Shown here: positions 47,542-57,221 of the stretch, in pieces
Numbering within the stretch: the stretch's first letter is position 1
Layout of the letters: every line of letters starts with the position of its first letter
NCBI GenBank assembly: GCA_016179745.1
Contig: JACPCP010000010.1
Coordinates: forward strand, 3,832-67,831
Direction of reading: 5' to 3'
Length of the DNA: 64,000 bases
DNA from: Candidatus Omnitrophota bacterium
Lineage (GTDB): Bacteria; Omnitrophota; Omnitrophia; Omnitrophales; JACQLI01
Position numbers and translations under genes: made by a program
Notes under the pieces: generated by a model
The model's database searches: none
Told to the model about the DNA's origin: nothing
What the model saw: the letters and a program-made list of their open reading frames with translations, nothing else

Positions 47542-48720
47542 TCAATACGCAACCTGTATGGCGCTCAGGATTTGATTATCGTCCAAGCTACCCTGACCCT
47601 CCCGCCGGACGTAATTCAGCTGGAGCTTGGCGTGATAACTATCAAGAAAGTAATTGAGTCCAGCGGTCAAATCGTGAGCCCGGTCTTCGGAGGCCCGCTC
47701 ATTCTGGTCGAAGCTGTCGAACTTAAGCACTCCTTGCAATTTGTCTGGGAGTAAGAAATAGCCGCCCTGGGTATACCATCCCCAGAGGGGGGCAGCGGCC
47801 GTCTGTCCGTAGGCGGCTTCTCCCTTCAAGGAGTAGCGGCCGTATTCCCACCTTGCTTCGAATCCCATCCGCCGTTTCTCTGTGAACACAGAGGAATCGT
47901 TTGAATTCCGATAATATTGACTGATCCCCAACTCAACATTCTTGAGGACTTCGTGTTGGGAACTCCCTGAGCGGAATGGACGAAGAACAGCCCGCCAGGC
48001 AAGGTCTTTCTTATCATTCACATCCAGATTGTTTTGTTCTTGACCGTTGAAGACGCCCGCTTGATACATCAACCAGTCCCAGTCTCCGGTCATCATGATG
48101 CCGATATCCCGTTTGTCGCCAAAAGTGCGGGTGATGAAAGAACGTTCAATCGTCTCCAGCTTTGCCGAGGAACGGAGACCCTCCTCGGTGTGTGGAATTT
48201 TAAATTGTCCGATGTCAAACTTGTGCCTGGGAACATATCCCAGTGTGAAGTAAGCATCCTGAAGGGAGCTTCGCCTCGTGGCGTCCTCCCGGAGTTGAGA
48301 AGGATCAAACATAATGGTCCATCTAAGGTCCTTATTGACCTCGCCCGCAAATTTCAATTCTGTCCGTCGAATCCTGGCCGTATCATCCGCATCGTTGGAC
48401 ATGGAATACCAGCCCTGAAAAAGCCCTCCCACGGTGAGCTTCCCGTAGCCAACGCCCACTTTTTTCTCCAACTCTTCCTTGGTCGGGAGATAGACCGTCT
48501 CATTGGGTTTCTTCTCGGCAACAACCGACTGAAGGGCCTGGATTTGAGAAGTTTGTTCTTTGATGACCGTCTGCTGGGAAGCAATCGTTTTCTCGAGGGC
48601 CCCAATCCGCTGCTCGAGCTTGGACATATTCGCAACCTGGTCCGACGGAGTTTCAATCCCGCCGGCAAAGGCCTTCGAAGTTAAAAAAACAAAGAGCATT
48701 GTCAGCATCACTTTTTTCAT
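47542..48720 (-). CDS. Phosphate/anion-selective porin O/P family outer-membrane protein
   Basis: Signal peptide MKKVMLTMLFVFLTSKAFA. N-terminal coiled-coil, then a beta-barrel with many alternating aromatic strands. Matches the OprO/OprP family organisation. Confidence 0.6.
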   Translation of the reverse strand: MKKVMLTMLFVFLTSKAFAGGIETPSDQVANMSKLEQRIGALEKTIASQQTVIKEQTSQIQALQSVVAEKKPNETVYLPTKEELEKKVGVGYGKLTVGGLFQGWYSMSNDADDTARIRRTELKFAGEVNKDLRWTIMFDPSQLREDATRRSSLQDAYFTLGYVPRHKFDIGQFKIPHTEEGLRSSAKLETIERSFITRTFGDKRDIGIMMTGDWDWLMYQAGVFNGQEQNNLDVNDKKDLAWRAVLRPFRSGSSQHEVLKNVELGISQYYRNSNDSSVFTEKRRMGFEARWEYGRYSLKGEAAYGQTAAAPLWGWYTQGGYFLLPDKLQGVLKFDSFDQNERASEDRAHDLTAGLNYFLDSYHAKLQLNYVRREGQGSLDDNQILSAIQVAY

Positions 48721-49361
48721 TGTTGGGTCTCCTCCCTTTGGATAAATCGTTCTAGACTGAGAGCCACCTTTTGGTAAAAGTTTGAAACGGTTTGTTTCGT
48801 AAGATGATTCAGAAAAACAAAAATCCATCGCCCGAGGTGTTCCTTAAAAAAAGCCTCGGCGGCGTCCTCTTTCCCGGCTTGAAGCATTCGCCCCATAAAC
48901 TCGAGTTCGCAGGCCGCATGGTCCGGAAGTTCATGGAAGGCCGTCACCTTCCGAAATCCCTCGGCCTCATAAATCGTCTGCACCTGGACGGCTGATTCTC
49001 CGCCCAAGAAACCCTTCATTCCTTCGGGCAGGGATTCCGACCTGAAATAGCAGGAGTTTGCCGTCGACGTGTCAATGGTCAACCGATCGCAATAGTAAGA
49101 CTCATAAGGGGAGACCGCTTTCTCCCCGGGCGCCACAAAAAGTGAAGTATATTCCACAGCAATGTCGTCGACCCTCGCCGGCCAATCCGGATCTTCCAAG
49201 ATCGTAGTGTTGCCCGGAACCGCATCCCCGCTGAAACAGAAGGCAAGTGTCAGGAGTTTTTGCTCGGTAACCGATCGGAGGAGAGCGCCATCAGGCGCTT
49301 CCCGGAAAAGTCGGGAAAACAAAAAATAAACTGCGGTCTTTTCCTCAAGCTCGGCTGACAC
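48717..49361 (-). CDS. TorD/DmsD-family redox-enzyme maturation chaperone
   Basis: 214 aa helical. AVYFLFSRLFREAP...YTSLFV... matches the Nitrate_red_del/TorD family. Overlaps the Mo-subunit stop. Confidence 0.65.
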   Translation of the reverse strand: MSAELEEKTAVYFLFSRLFREAPDGALLRSVTEQKLLTLAFCFSGDAVPGNTTILEDPDWPARVDDIAVEYTSLFVAPGEKAVSPYESYYCDRLTIDTSTANSCYFRSESLPEGMKGFLGGESAVQVQTIYEAEGFRKVTAFHELPDHAACELEFMGRMLQAGKEDAAEAFFKEHLGRWIFVFLNHLTKQTVSNFYQKVALSLERFIQREETQQ

Positions 49362-51786
49362 GCACGCAGATTTCCTTATTCAGGGACTGGCCGGAGAGCG
49401 GACAGGCGATCGTCTTTGCAAGAAAGCCTGTGTGAGCGCCCCGGCCCTTGGCGATCTTTCCCATGGCCCAGTGTCCCCATCCGTGCTGTGTGCCGACAAC
49501 TTCTGGGTGGATCCCTTCAGTGAGTTCCGCCCGCATCTTGATTTTGCCATAAGGAGACTCGACCCAAACCCAATCCTTATCCTGAATTCCAAACTTTACC
49601 GCTGTCTTGGCGTTGATCCTGAGTCCGTCCGTTGCTTTGAGTTCCGCAAGAAAGGCGTTGTTCTGAGTGCGGGAATGCGTCTGCGATGCCTCTTTCCAGT
49701 TGATCAGGAAAAGGGGATATTCTTGACTTGGCTGCCACTCCCGTGGCTCGTAAACGGGAAGAGGGGCGAGATCATGTCCGGCTGCGTCTTTTTTCCCGAC
49801 ATGCTTCGCTGCGTAAAGTTCAAGCTTGCCAGAAGGCGTAAAAAAGCCATGGATTGCCGTCCCATCGGCTTTTAACATTCCCATCGGCTTGTCCTTGGTG
49901 CCATCCTTCTTCTTTGAAAAGGCAAGGTTTCCTTCGATCAAAGCATCCTTCAGCTTATCTCCCGGGACGGGATCAAGATGTTTGTGATACTTCGTCCCGT
50001 TCGGGCTAACCCACGTAGCGCCGGGGAGCGCCTTGAGCTCTTCCAGGGTGATCTTGGGTTCGCCTTCCTTAAGCTCTCGGCTCAGCCACTCCTCATACCA
50101 CCTCTTTTTGTCCTCAATCCGCTCGCCCGACGTCCGTCCGACCCAGAAAACGTCGTTGCCGTTCGCTTCCTTCAAGCCAAGCCGGCGACCGAGTTCTGAG
50201 ACAAACTCGTATTCCGCCGGCTGACCAAAAAGCGGTTTCACCACCGGTTGGCGAAGTCCCACCGCCGGCCATGTCACCCAGTGGGTATTTAAGTCGTAGC
50301 GTTCTAAATAGGTCGTCCCCGGGACCACGATATCGGCGAACTCAGCAGTTTCGCTTAACATGGTGTCCACGACGACAACGAATTCAAGATTCTTCAGGGC
50401 CTTCTCGGCATTCTTCGTGCCCGCCACCGACATCAAGAGGTTTTGGAAAACGATCATCGCCATCTTCGGCTGGTAGGGGCCCTTGCCGTCAACGAGTCGA
50501 TTGATGATCTCCATGTAAACACCCGATTTGTGGAAGTAGGGCCATTTGTCCTTGCCGCCGTCCAGGCGGGGTTCCTTCAAGGTTTTTGCCGCCACGGCGT
50601 CTGGCTCTACTTCAATGTGCTTACCGCCCTTCGCATTGGGGAGCACGAGGGTTCCCGGCTTCTCGATATTCCCCGTAATCGCAGCAAGCGCCCCAATCGC
50701 CCAACCGGCATACACTCCATTCGTATGATGGGTGCCTGACCAGACGTCGACTAAGGCGGGCTTCGTCGTGGCAAATTCTTTTGCCAGTCGTTCAATTCGC
50801 TCGGCGGGGACGGTGGTAATTACTTCAGCCCATTGAGGCGTTTTATCCTTGACGTATTCCTTAAATTGATCAAACCCCACAGTCCACTCATCAATAAAGG
50901 GTTGGTCCTGAAGATTATCACGAAGAATCACGTGCGCCAGGGCCAGCGCCAGCGCTCCATCCGTGGCCGGCCGAATCGGAACCCACTCATCGGCCCTGGA
51001 GGCCGTGTAAGAAAAGTGAGGATCTACAATCACAAGCTTGGCGCCCCGTTCCCTGCCCCGTGTGATGATCCGTGGCAAATGGGAAAATTTTGTTGCCGAC
51101 AGGGGATTCCAGCCGAAGATCAGCATGTATTTGGAGTTGAGGGCGTCGATCAGGGGGCGCTCATCTCCCATCAGGATCTTGAAGGAGGCCTTCCGCCCCG
51201 TATCACAAAGGTTGGAGTGCATGCTGTAGTTCGGCGTGCCGAAAAGTTTGCAGAAGTCGCCCTGAGGGTGGGTAAACGAGTGGTCCTCAGAGAACCAGAG
51301 AAGTTTGTGCGCCTCGCCGCCGTCCCGCAGTTTCTTGAGACGGTCGACAATTTCCGTGTAAGCCTCTTCCCAAGAGATCGCCTTCCACCGGGGATCCACA
51401 CCAATGCCTTTCTTGGAATTGGTCCGCCGCAAAGGCTGCTTCAGGCGATCAGCATCATAGAGCGCCATGATCCCGGCGTTTCCCTTCGGGCACATGACGG
51501 CCCCCTCTTTCGCTGCATTGGCAAAGAAGTCGTCCGAGATGTTGGAAAATCCAATGGGGTTGTGGGGATTGGGCTTGATCCGAAAGAGGCGCCCGCCCAC
51601 CACCTGGCACAGAATCCCCGTCTGCCCCCCGCACATGTTGCAGCAGGAAGGAATCCATTCGTCCTTATCATAAGGGCCCTTGAGCATCTCCTCTTGGGCC
51701 AAGGCCTGTGCGGTCTTGGTCAGCGTCCCGACACCCAAGAGACCCGCTCCGCTGAGTTTCAAGAATTTACGTCGATTAAGTTTCAT
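49345..51786 (-). CDS. Molybdopterin oxidoreductase catalytic subunit, DMSO-reductase family, Cys-ligand Psr/Phs/Ttr/Arr-like clade
   Basis: Tat signal MKLNRRKFLKLSGAGLLGVGTL. N-terminal FeS-cluster Cys cluster (SCCNMCGG...C). Likely Mo-ligand Cys in HSNLCDTGR. 813 aa with MGD-binding domains. Confidence 0.8.
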   Translation of the reverse strand: MKLNRRKFLKLSGAGLLGVGTLTKTAQALAQEEMLKGPYDKDEWIPSCCNMCGGQTGILCQVVGGRLFRIKPNPHNPIGFSNISDDFFANAAKEGAVMCPKGNAGIMALYDADRLKQPLRRTNSKKGIGVDPRWKAISWEEAYTEIVDRLKKLRDGGEAHKLLWFSEDHSFTHPQGDFCKLFGTPNYSMHSNLCDTGRKASFKILMGDERPLIDALNSKYMLIFGWNPLSATKFSHLPRIITRGRERGAKLVIVDPHFSYTASRADEWVPIRPATDGALALALAHVILRDNLQDQPFIDEWTVGFDQFKEYVKDKTPQWAEVITTVPAERIERLAKEFATTKPALVDVWSGTHHTNGVYAGWAIGALAAITGNIEKPGTLVLPNAKGGKHIEVEPDAVAAKTLKEPRLDGGKDKWPYFHKSGVYMEIINRLVDGKGPYQPKMAMIVFQNLLMSVAGTKNAEKALKNLEFVVVVDTMLSETAEFADIVVPGTTYLERYDLNTHWVTWPAVGLRQPVVKPLFGQPAEYEFVSELGRRLGLKEANGNDVFWVGRTSGERIEDKKRWYEEWLSRELKEGEPKITLEELKALPGATWVSPNGTKYHKHLDPVPGDKLKDALIEGNLAFSKKKDGTKDKPMGMLKADGTAIHGFFTPSGKLELYAAKHVGKKDAAGHDLAPLPVYEPREWQPSQEYPLFLINWKEASQTHSRTQNNAFLAELKATDGLRINAKTAVKFGIQDKDWVWVESPYGKIKMRAELTEGIHPEVVGTQHGWGHWAMGKIAKGRGAHTGFLAKTIACPLSGQSLNKEICVRVSRA

Positions 51787-51795
51787 GATTCGCTC

Positions 51796-52635
51796 TTACA
51801 ACAAGTAGTAGACATTCGGCTCGGTTCCAAGTTCCTCTTTCAAACGAGTCCACTTCCGATGGGTGATCAATTCGTTCAAATTGCATCCATGCCCGATACA
51901 CCGCCCTGTGAGAAAATCGCCGAAGTGAATGGCTTTTCCCATGCAGGTTTCAGCGCATGCTGTCGGACGGGTGTATTGCCCGCTGGCATCCTGGAGATGA
52001 AGGCAAAAGGTGCATTTGCGGGCATTTCCGATCGGGGCTTTCGCCTTTTCACGCAATCCATACTTGCTGTGAAATTCCGGCGAAGGAATATTCCCATATT
52101 CTGTTTCCTGGGCAGGGTAATTTTTCCCCTCATCGAAAATACGAGCTCCATAGGGACAGGCGGGGATACAGTCGCCGGCACCAATACACTTGTCATGATC
52201 GACGAGAACAATTCCGTCTTCCTCCCGTTTGTAGGTTGCACCGACCGGGCAGACATCAATACAGGGCGGTTTCTCACAATGAAAACAAGGCCGGGGGAAC
52301 CAGCGGCGTTGGACATCGGGAAATTCGCCAACCTCTTCTTCAATCACAGGATTGTAAGTAACGCCCGGGGGGGTTTTATTCTCAAGTTTACAGGCGGCGG
52401 TGCAGGCCTCGCAGTTCACACAACGTTTGAGATCAATCGTCATCCCGTAACGAAACTTCTTCTTGGTGGTGAAGTTCTCAGCGGCCTCGACGATCTCGGC
52501 TGGGAGGGCAGCGATCGCTGAGGCGACGACTCCGATACCGGCCAGCTTTAAAAAGGACCGTCGCCCCAACTCCTGGTCCACTGTCTCTTGGAGGGTTAAT
52601 CGTTTCTGGGCCATTTGCGGTTCATCTTCGGTCAC
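51796..52635 (-). CDS. 4Fe-4S ferredoxin-type electron-transfer subunit of the molybdoenzyme (DmsB/PsrB/TtrB-like)
   Basis: Own Tat signal GRRSFLKLAGIGVVASAIAA. Four ferredoxin-like CxxCxxCxxxC(P) motifs. No TM helix. Confidence 0.8.
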   Translation of the reverse strand: MTEDEPQMAQKRLTLQETVDQELGRRSFLKLAGIGVVASAIAALPAEIVEAAENFTTKKKFRYGMTIDLKRCVNCEACTAACKLENKTPPGVTYNPVIEEEVGEFPDVQRRWFPRPCFHCEKPPCIDVCPVGATYKREEDGIVLVDHDKCIGAGDCIPACPYGARIFDEGKNYPAQETEYGNIPSPEFHSKYGLREKAKAPIGNARKCTFCLHLQDASGQYTRPTACAETCMGKAIHFGDFLTGRCIGHGCNLNELITHRKWTRLKEELGTEPNVYYLL

Positions 52636-52694
52636 GGGAAACGCAAATTCAAATTGATTCTTTCCATCTAATTGATTAGAATTCCCTATCTTCC

Positions 52695-53585
52695 ATGGAA
52701 ATCCGGGAACTCAAGATCTTTAGAGACATCGCCCAGGAAAAAAACTTTGTCAAGGCAGCCAAGCTGAACTTCCTCACCCAGCCCTCCATCAGCTCTCACC
52801 TAAAACACCTCGAAGAAGAGCTTGGGGTGCGCCTTTTTGAGCGGGTCCCTCGAAAAGTTAAGCTGACCCACGAAGGCGAGCTCCTGCTGCCCCACGTCGA
52901 GGAAGTGCTCCTGAAATGCGGGAACCTGAAAACCTTGATTTCACGATTAAGCGGCATCCCCAAGGGCGATATCCGGATTGCAACGGTTTACAGCATCGGA
53001 ATGTATGAATTGGCCCCGGCCCTCAAACAATTTATCCGCACGTATCCGGACATTCATGTCCATCTTCAATACCGCCGTTCGGATATCATCTATGATCTGC
53101 TTCTTGAGGATAAAATCGACCTCGGCATGGTGGCTTACCCGGAGGACCGGGTCAAGATCAAAGTCACGCCTTTTGGCAATGACCACCTCGTTTTAATTAC
53201 CCCTCCCCATCATCCCCTTGCCAAACAGAAAAGCATCCGCCTCAAACGGATCGAGGGAGAGAACTTCATCGCCTTCGATTCGGGTATTCCGACACGAGAG
53301 ACGGTGGATCAGACGCTCGAACAGCGGGGAATCAAAGTCCAAGTCCGGATGAGCAATGAGAACATTGATACGTTGAAACGGGCCGTCGAGGTGGGACTGG
53401 GTATCTCGATTGTCCCCAGCAAGACCATCACCGAAGAGGTTCGGAAGGGAACCCTGAAGAGTGTTCATCTCAGTGATGTCAAGCTGAACCGGCCTCTCGG
53501 TATCCTCACCTTAAAAGATCGCATCCCCAGTTATCCCCTTCAGCTTTTTATGGAAGTGCTAACGGACCACGCTTCGAGAACCTAG
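52695..53585 (+). CDS. LysR-family transcriptional regulator
   Basis: N-terminal HTH (IRELKIFRDIAQEKNFVKAAKLNFLTQPSISSHLKHLEEELGVRLFER) and a C-terminal LysR substrate-binding domain. Divergent from the molybdoenzyme operon. Confidence 0.8.
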   Translation: MEIRELKIFRDIAQEKNFVKAAKLNFLTQPSISSHLKHLEEELGVRLFERVPRKVKLTHEGELLLPHVEEVLLKCGNLKTLISRLSGIPKGDIRIATVYSIGMYELAPALKQFIRTYPDIHVHLQYRRSDIIYDLLLEDKIDLGMVAYPEDRVKIKVTPFGNDHLVLITPPHHPLAKQKSIRLKRIEGENFIAFDSGIPTRETVDQTLEQRGIKVQVRMSNENIDTLKRAVEVGLGISIVPSKTITEEVRKGTLKSVHLSDVKLNRPLGILTLKDRIPSYPLQLFMEVLTDHASRT

Positions 53586-54692
53586 GACCGGCTGATAGGC
53601 ACAGCAAGGATCTTCCTCCAGATAATCCCCGGTCAGGGCATAAGCCCGGGAGCGGGAGCCCCCGCAGATTTCACGATAGGGACAAATCCCGCAGCGGCCT
53701 TTTAGGAGTGAGGCGTCTCTCAATTCCTTCAAGAGCGGGGAATTTCGATAAATTTCCTTCAGGGAATTTTCCCGAACATTTCCGGCCGCAAGCGGAAGAA
53801 AGCCGCTCGGCATCACCTCGCCCCGGTAGGAAATAAAAATAAATCCCTTGCCGGCATTGACGCCCTGCGGGGCGTGGCCAATGCTCCCCCGGGGTCCGGC
53901 ATCCCGCTTGAGAGAAGCCGGCAACGACACCTTGTCCCACTCGACCCGGTCCGAACGAATCCCCTGGCGGGCCAATTCCTTCTCAAAACAAAAACGGCGA
54001 TAGTGCGGGGCCTCGGTGATTTTAATGACCGTCTGGACCCGCTGGCTTAGGGCGTAAATTTTTTCAAAGGCCGCTTCGAATCTCTCGGCGCTCATCAGGG
54101 GCAATTCTTTCCCCCGCCCCACCGGCACTAGAAAGAAGACTTCCCAGAAGACGATGTCGAGTTTTTCAATCAAATGAATGAGTTCATCCAGCTGGGCCGT
54201 ATTGTGGACATTGACGAGGGAATTGATCTGGACGGCGAGGCCGCATTCTTTCGCCTGACGGACACACTCCAGGGTGTGATCAAAGACCCCGCTCGTTCTC
54301 CGGAAGGCGTCGTGGTCCTCCGCCTTTGCGGCGTCCAGACTGAAGGCGATTTGATCAAGGCCCGACGCTTTGAGCGCTGAAATCTTTTCGTAGGTCACCG
54401 CCGGTGTCACGGCCGGAATGGCCCCGGTCCGAAGCCCCAGTGATTTTGCCTCACGAATCAAATCGGGAAGGTCTGTGCGCTTCAGGCAGTCACCGCCGCT
54501 GAAAACGATGATCGGCGTCCCCATCTCCCGAACTTCCCTCACCAGACGAAGCGCCTCCTCAGAAGTCAGTTCGTCAGGGGCGGGGTTCGGATCCGCCGAG
54601 GCCCGGCAGTGAACACAGGCCAGGTCACACGCCCGGGTCGTCTCCCAAATGACGAGAAAGGGTCTTTCGGAAAAGTCGAAACCGTGAGTCAT
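53559..54692 (-). CDS. Radical SAM protein with C-terminal SPASM domain (AhbD/NirJ/PqqE-like)
   Basis: WETTRACDLACVHCRA is a CX3CX2C motif. C-terminus GRCGICPYREICGG...CC (SPASM). Downstream of feoA. Confidence 0.6.
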   Translation of the reverse strand: MTHGFDFSERPFLVIWETTRACDLACVHCRASADPNPAPDELTSEEALRLVREVREMGTPIIVFSGGDCLKRTDLPDLIREAKSLGLRTGAIPAVTPAVTYEKISALKASGLDQIAFSLDAAKAEDHDAFRRTSGVFDHTLECVRQAKECGLAVQINSLVNVHNTAQLDELIHLIEKLDIVFWEVFFLVPVGRGKELPLMSAERFEAAFEKIYALSQRVQTVIKITEAPHYRRFCFEKELARQGIRSDRVEWDKVSLPASLKRDAGPRGSIGHAPQGVNAGKGFIFISYRGEVMPSGFLPLAAGNVRENSLKEIYRNSPLLKELRDASLLKGRCGICPYREICGGSRSRAYALTGDYLEEDPCCAYQPVLGSRSVVR

Positions 54693-54736
54693 GCCCGGAA
54701 TGTATCACTTCTCTGAATAGCAATCAGTGATCAAGA

Positions 54737-55189
54737 TCACAACTTCACGTAAATAGCAGAGGCGAGCCCCCGATCGACGGAGAACTGGCTCCAGCCGATC
54801 TGGAAAACATAGGAAGGAAACCGCTGAAGCAGGGTGATCGGAGATCCCGGCAGAACTCCGATCGCAATCAGCTTTTTGAGCCGTTGGGGATCCTGCATTT
54901 CCAGATGGGTGACTTCGGCCTTCTGATTCACCGGGAGGGATGAAAGCGGAAGGCAGGTCACTTCTCCCGAAAAGGGGACAGGCCCCTGGGCCATTGGCGA
55001 TCCTGGACCTGTCCCCTTTTCTGTGCGAAAAAGGCCGAACAGTTTTTTCATCCATTCCGGCTGGGGCACTATTTCGTAATAACAGTAAGGGCAGCGCACC
55101 CCCTGACAGCCCTTGACGAATCCGCAGGCCGAACAGGTCTGACGCCCCTGGCTTTCCTCAAACTCCCGTTTACAAAGATCGCAAATCAT
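54737..55189 (-). CDS. feoA: FeoA-domain protein with N-terminal zinc ribbon
   Basis: Internal Met start. MICDLCKREF...CSACGF...CPYC is a 4-Cys ribbon. C-terminal SH3-like FeoA domain (AEVTHLEMQDPQRLKKLIAIGVLPGSPITLL). ATGA start/stop overlap with the feoB stop. Confidence 0.65.
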   Translation of the reverse strand: MICDLCKREFEESQGRQTCSACGFVKGCQGVRCPYCYYEIVPQPEWMKKLFGLFRTEKGTGPGSPMAQGPVPFSGEVTCLPLSSLPVNQKAEVTHLEMQDPQRLKKLIAIGVLPGSPITLLQRFPSYVFQIGWSQFSVDRGLASAIYVKL

Positions 55190-57216
55190 AACACCGCCCC
55201 CAACCGCACCAGGATTTGATTCAGCACAAAGGCAAACCCGAAAGAAAAAAAGAGGATGAAAATGGAAATCCCGACCCCGGTCTTCCATCCCCGCTCCTTG
55301 ACATTCATTAGGAATTGCGCAATGCAGGGCAGGAAAAGGGTCAGAGCCACACAGGCCACCAGCATTTGGACGCCGTCCAACCGGCCCTTCGACACGAGGT
55401 CATAGAGGCCGGCGGCCCCGTAATCCCGCCTGAAAAAGCCCATCAAAAAGATCGAGGCCGCCTCCGCCGGAAGACCGATCGCCCGGACCGGGACCGCCAG
55501 GCCTCGAATCAAAAAACCGAAAAGGCCCGTCAACTGCCCGAGCCAGATCAAGGCGCTCGCCACAATGAACAAGGGGAGAACTTCCGTGAAATACCATTTG
55601 ACCCGGACATAGGTTTTTGTAAGCACATGAGAAATTTTGGGCCAGCGGAGCGGGGGCAATTCCATGTAAAACGAGGGCCGTTCGCCCGGCAGGATCTGCG
55701 CCGTGAGAAATCCGATGAAAAGAAAGACAAGGCCCACGACGAACGCCCAAAGAAGAAGCGCCCGGTCGTGACCCGCCAAAACGGCAAAGATCACCCCGAG
55801 CTGCGCCGAACAGGGGATGGCCAGAGAAAGAAGCAGGGTCGAGATGATCCGCTCTCTCACCGTCGGCAGGGTGCGGGTCACCATCGTGGCCATCGTGTCA
55901 CAGCCGAATCCCAGAACCATCGGTATCACGGCCCGGCCGCTCAGCCCGATTTTCTTAAAGGTCCGGTCGAGGAGCATGGCGAGTCTCGGGAGGTAGCCCG
56001 TATCCTCAATGACGGCGAAGACGGCAAAGTAGAAGGTGACGATGGGGAGAATAAGGGCCACCGCATACCTCACTCCGAGTGTCAGCATTCCATACTCGCC
56101 GACAAAGAGATCCTGAAGGAGCGGCCAGGGAAGGATCCTTGAGAAGACCTTGACGAAGAAAGGGTTCAGGAACCCTTCAAAGACCGTGCCTTCGAGGAAA
56201 TCGACGACGGTCCCCGCCCCGAACACACCCACGAATTGGTAAAGTCCCCCATACAGCACAAAGAAAAGGATCGGAAATCCCGTCAGGGGATTCATTGTAA
56301 GGCGGCTTAAGAATTCCCCCCACCTCCCGGAACGGACATCGGACCTCCAGGACCGTTTTTTGGTTCGGCATACATTTTCCGAAATCCGGGCCGCCCGGCG
56401 TTTGAGGCTTGATGCGATTTCAAATTCAAGCGGGGCCTGAAGATGGTTTTTTAATTCGCTGGCAAGCGCCTCCGCAATCTCCAAAACCAGAGGTTCCTGT
56501 TTCTTAACCAGCGACCGCACCTCCTCGTCCCCTTTGAGGAGAAGCAGTGAGAGAGACCGCTTTGAAATCGGATACTCGCCCGCCAGGGACTCGCCGATCC
56601 TTGCCAGAGCGCCCTCCAGCGAGACCGGCGCCCGGCCGTCATAATTCACCGTCGTTCCACGGAGGGAGGGTGATTCCGCTTCCAATCCGGTTAAGTGACG
56701 GACAGCTGTCTTGAGCTCTTTGAGGCCCTCGCCCGTCGTCAGCACGGTCTCGAGAACTGGGATGCCCAAGTCCTGAGTCAGGGCCTTTTGATGGATTCCG
56801 ATCCTCAGGCGCCGGGCCTCATCCATCATGTTGAGGACCAGGATCGTCGGGAAGGCGGCCTCGATCAATTGAAGCGTCAAGGGAAGCAGCCGTTCCAGAT
56901 TCTTTGCATCCACCAGGTGGATCACCAGAGAGGGCTTTTCCTTAAAAAGGATTCTTCGTGCTACGCCCTCCTCCTCCGTCAGGGGCGAAAAGGAATAAAT
57001 GCCGGGCGTGTCGATCACCTCGAAAGAGACGCCGTCGATTTTCGCCTTTCCCCGGGAAACTTCCACGGTCGTGCCCGGGTAATTGGCCACGGTGACATAA
57101 CGGCCTGTAAAGTGGTTAAAGAGCAGGCTTTTCCCGACATTGGGGCTGCCGACAATCACCACCTTCTTCAATCCCGAGCTGGTTTTATCCTGTTTGTGAT
57201 CGCAGCAAGCTTCCAT
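55186..57216 (-). CDS. feoB: Ferrous iron transporter B
   Basis: N-terminal G-domain (GSPNVGKS, DTPG) plus a polytopic membrane domain with gate motifs. 676 aa. Confidence 0.9.
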   Translation of the reverse strand: MEACCDHKQDKTSSGLKKVVIVGSPNVGKSLLFNHFTGRYVTVANYPGTTVEVSRGKAKIDGVSFEVIDTPGIYSFSPLTEEEGVARRILFKEKPSLVIHLVDAKNLERLLPLTLQLIEAAFPTILVLNMMDEARRLRIGIHQKALTQDLGIPVLETVLTTGEGLKELKTAVRHLTGLEAESPSLRGTTVNYDGRAPVSLEGALARIGESLAGEYPISKRSLSLLLLKGDEEVRSLVKKQEPLVLEIAEALASELKNHLQAPLEFEIASSLKRRAARISENVCRTKKRSWRSDVRSGRWGEFLSRLTMNPLTGFPILFFVLYGGLYQFVGVFGAGTVVDFLEGTVFEGFLNPFFVKVFSRILPWPLLQDLFVGEYGMLTLGVRYAVALILPIVTFYFAVFAVIEDTGYLPRLAMLLDRTFKKIGLSGRAVIPMVLGFGCDTMATMVTRTLPTVRERIISTLLLSLAIPCSAQLGVIFAVLAGHDRALLLWAFVVGLVFLFIGFLTAQILPGERPSFYMELPPLRWPKISHVLTKTYVRVKWYFTEVLPLFIVASALIWLGQLTGLFGFLIRGLAVPVRAIGLPAEAASIFLMGFFRRDYGAAGLYDLVSKGRLDGVQMLVACVALTLFLPCIAQFLMNVKERGWKTGVGISIFILFFSFGFAFVLNQILVRLGAVL

Positions 57217-57221
57217 TGAGT

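Noticed and set aside
50833-52521. 562-aa ORF on the plus strand
   Set aside because: It is antisense to the molybdoenzyme A and B subunit genes. There is no recognisable domain. It is a GC-skew artefact.
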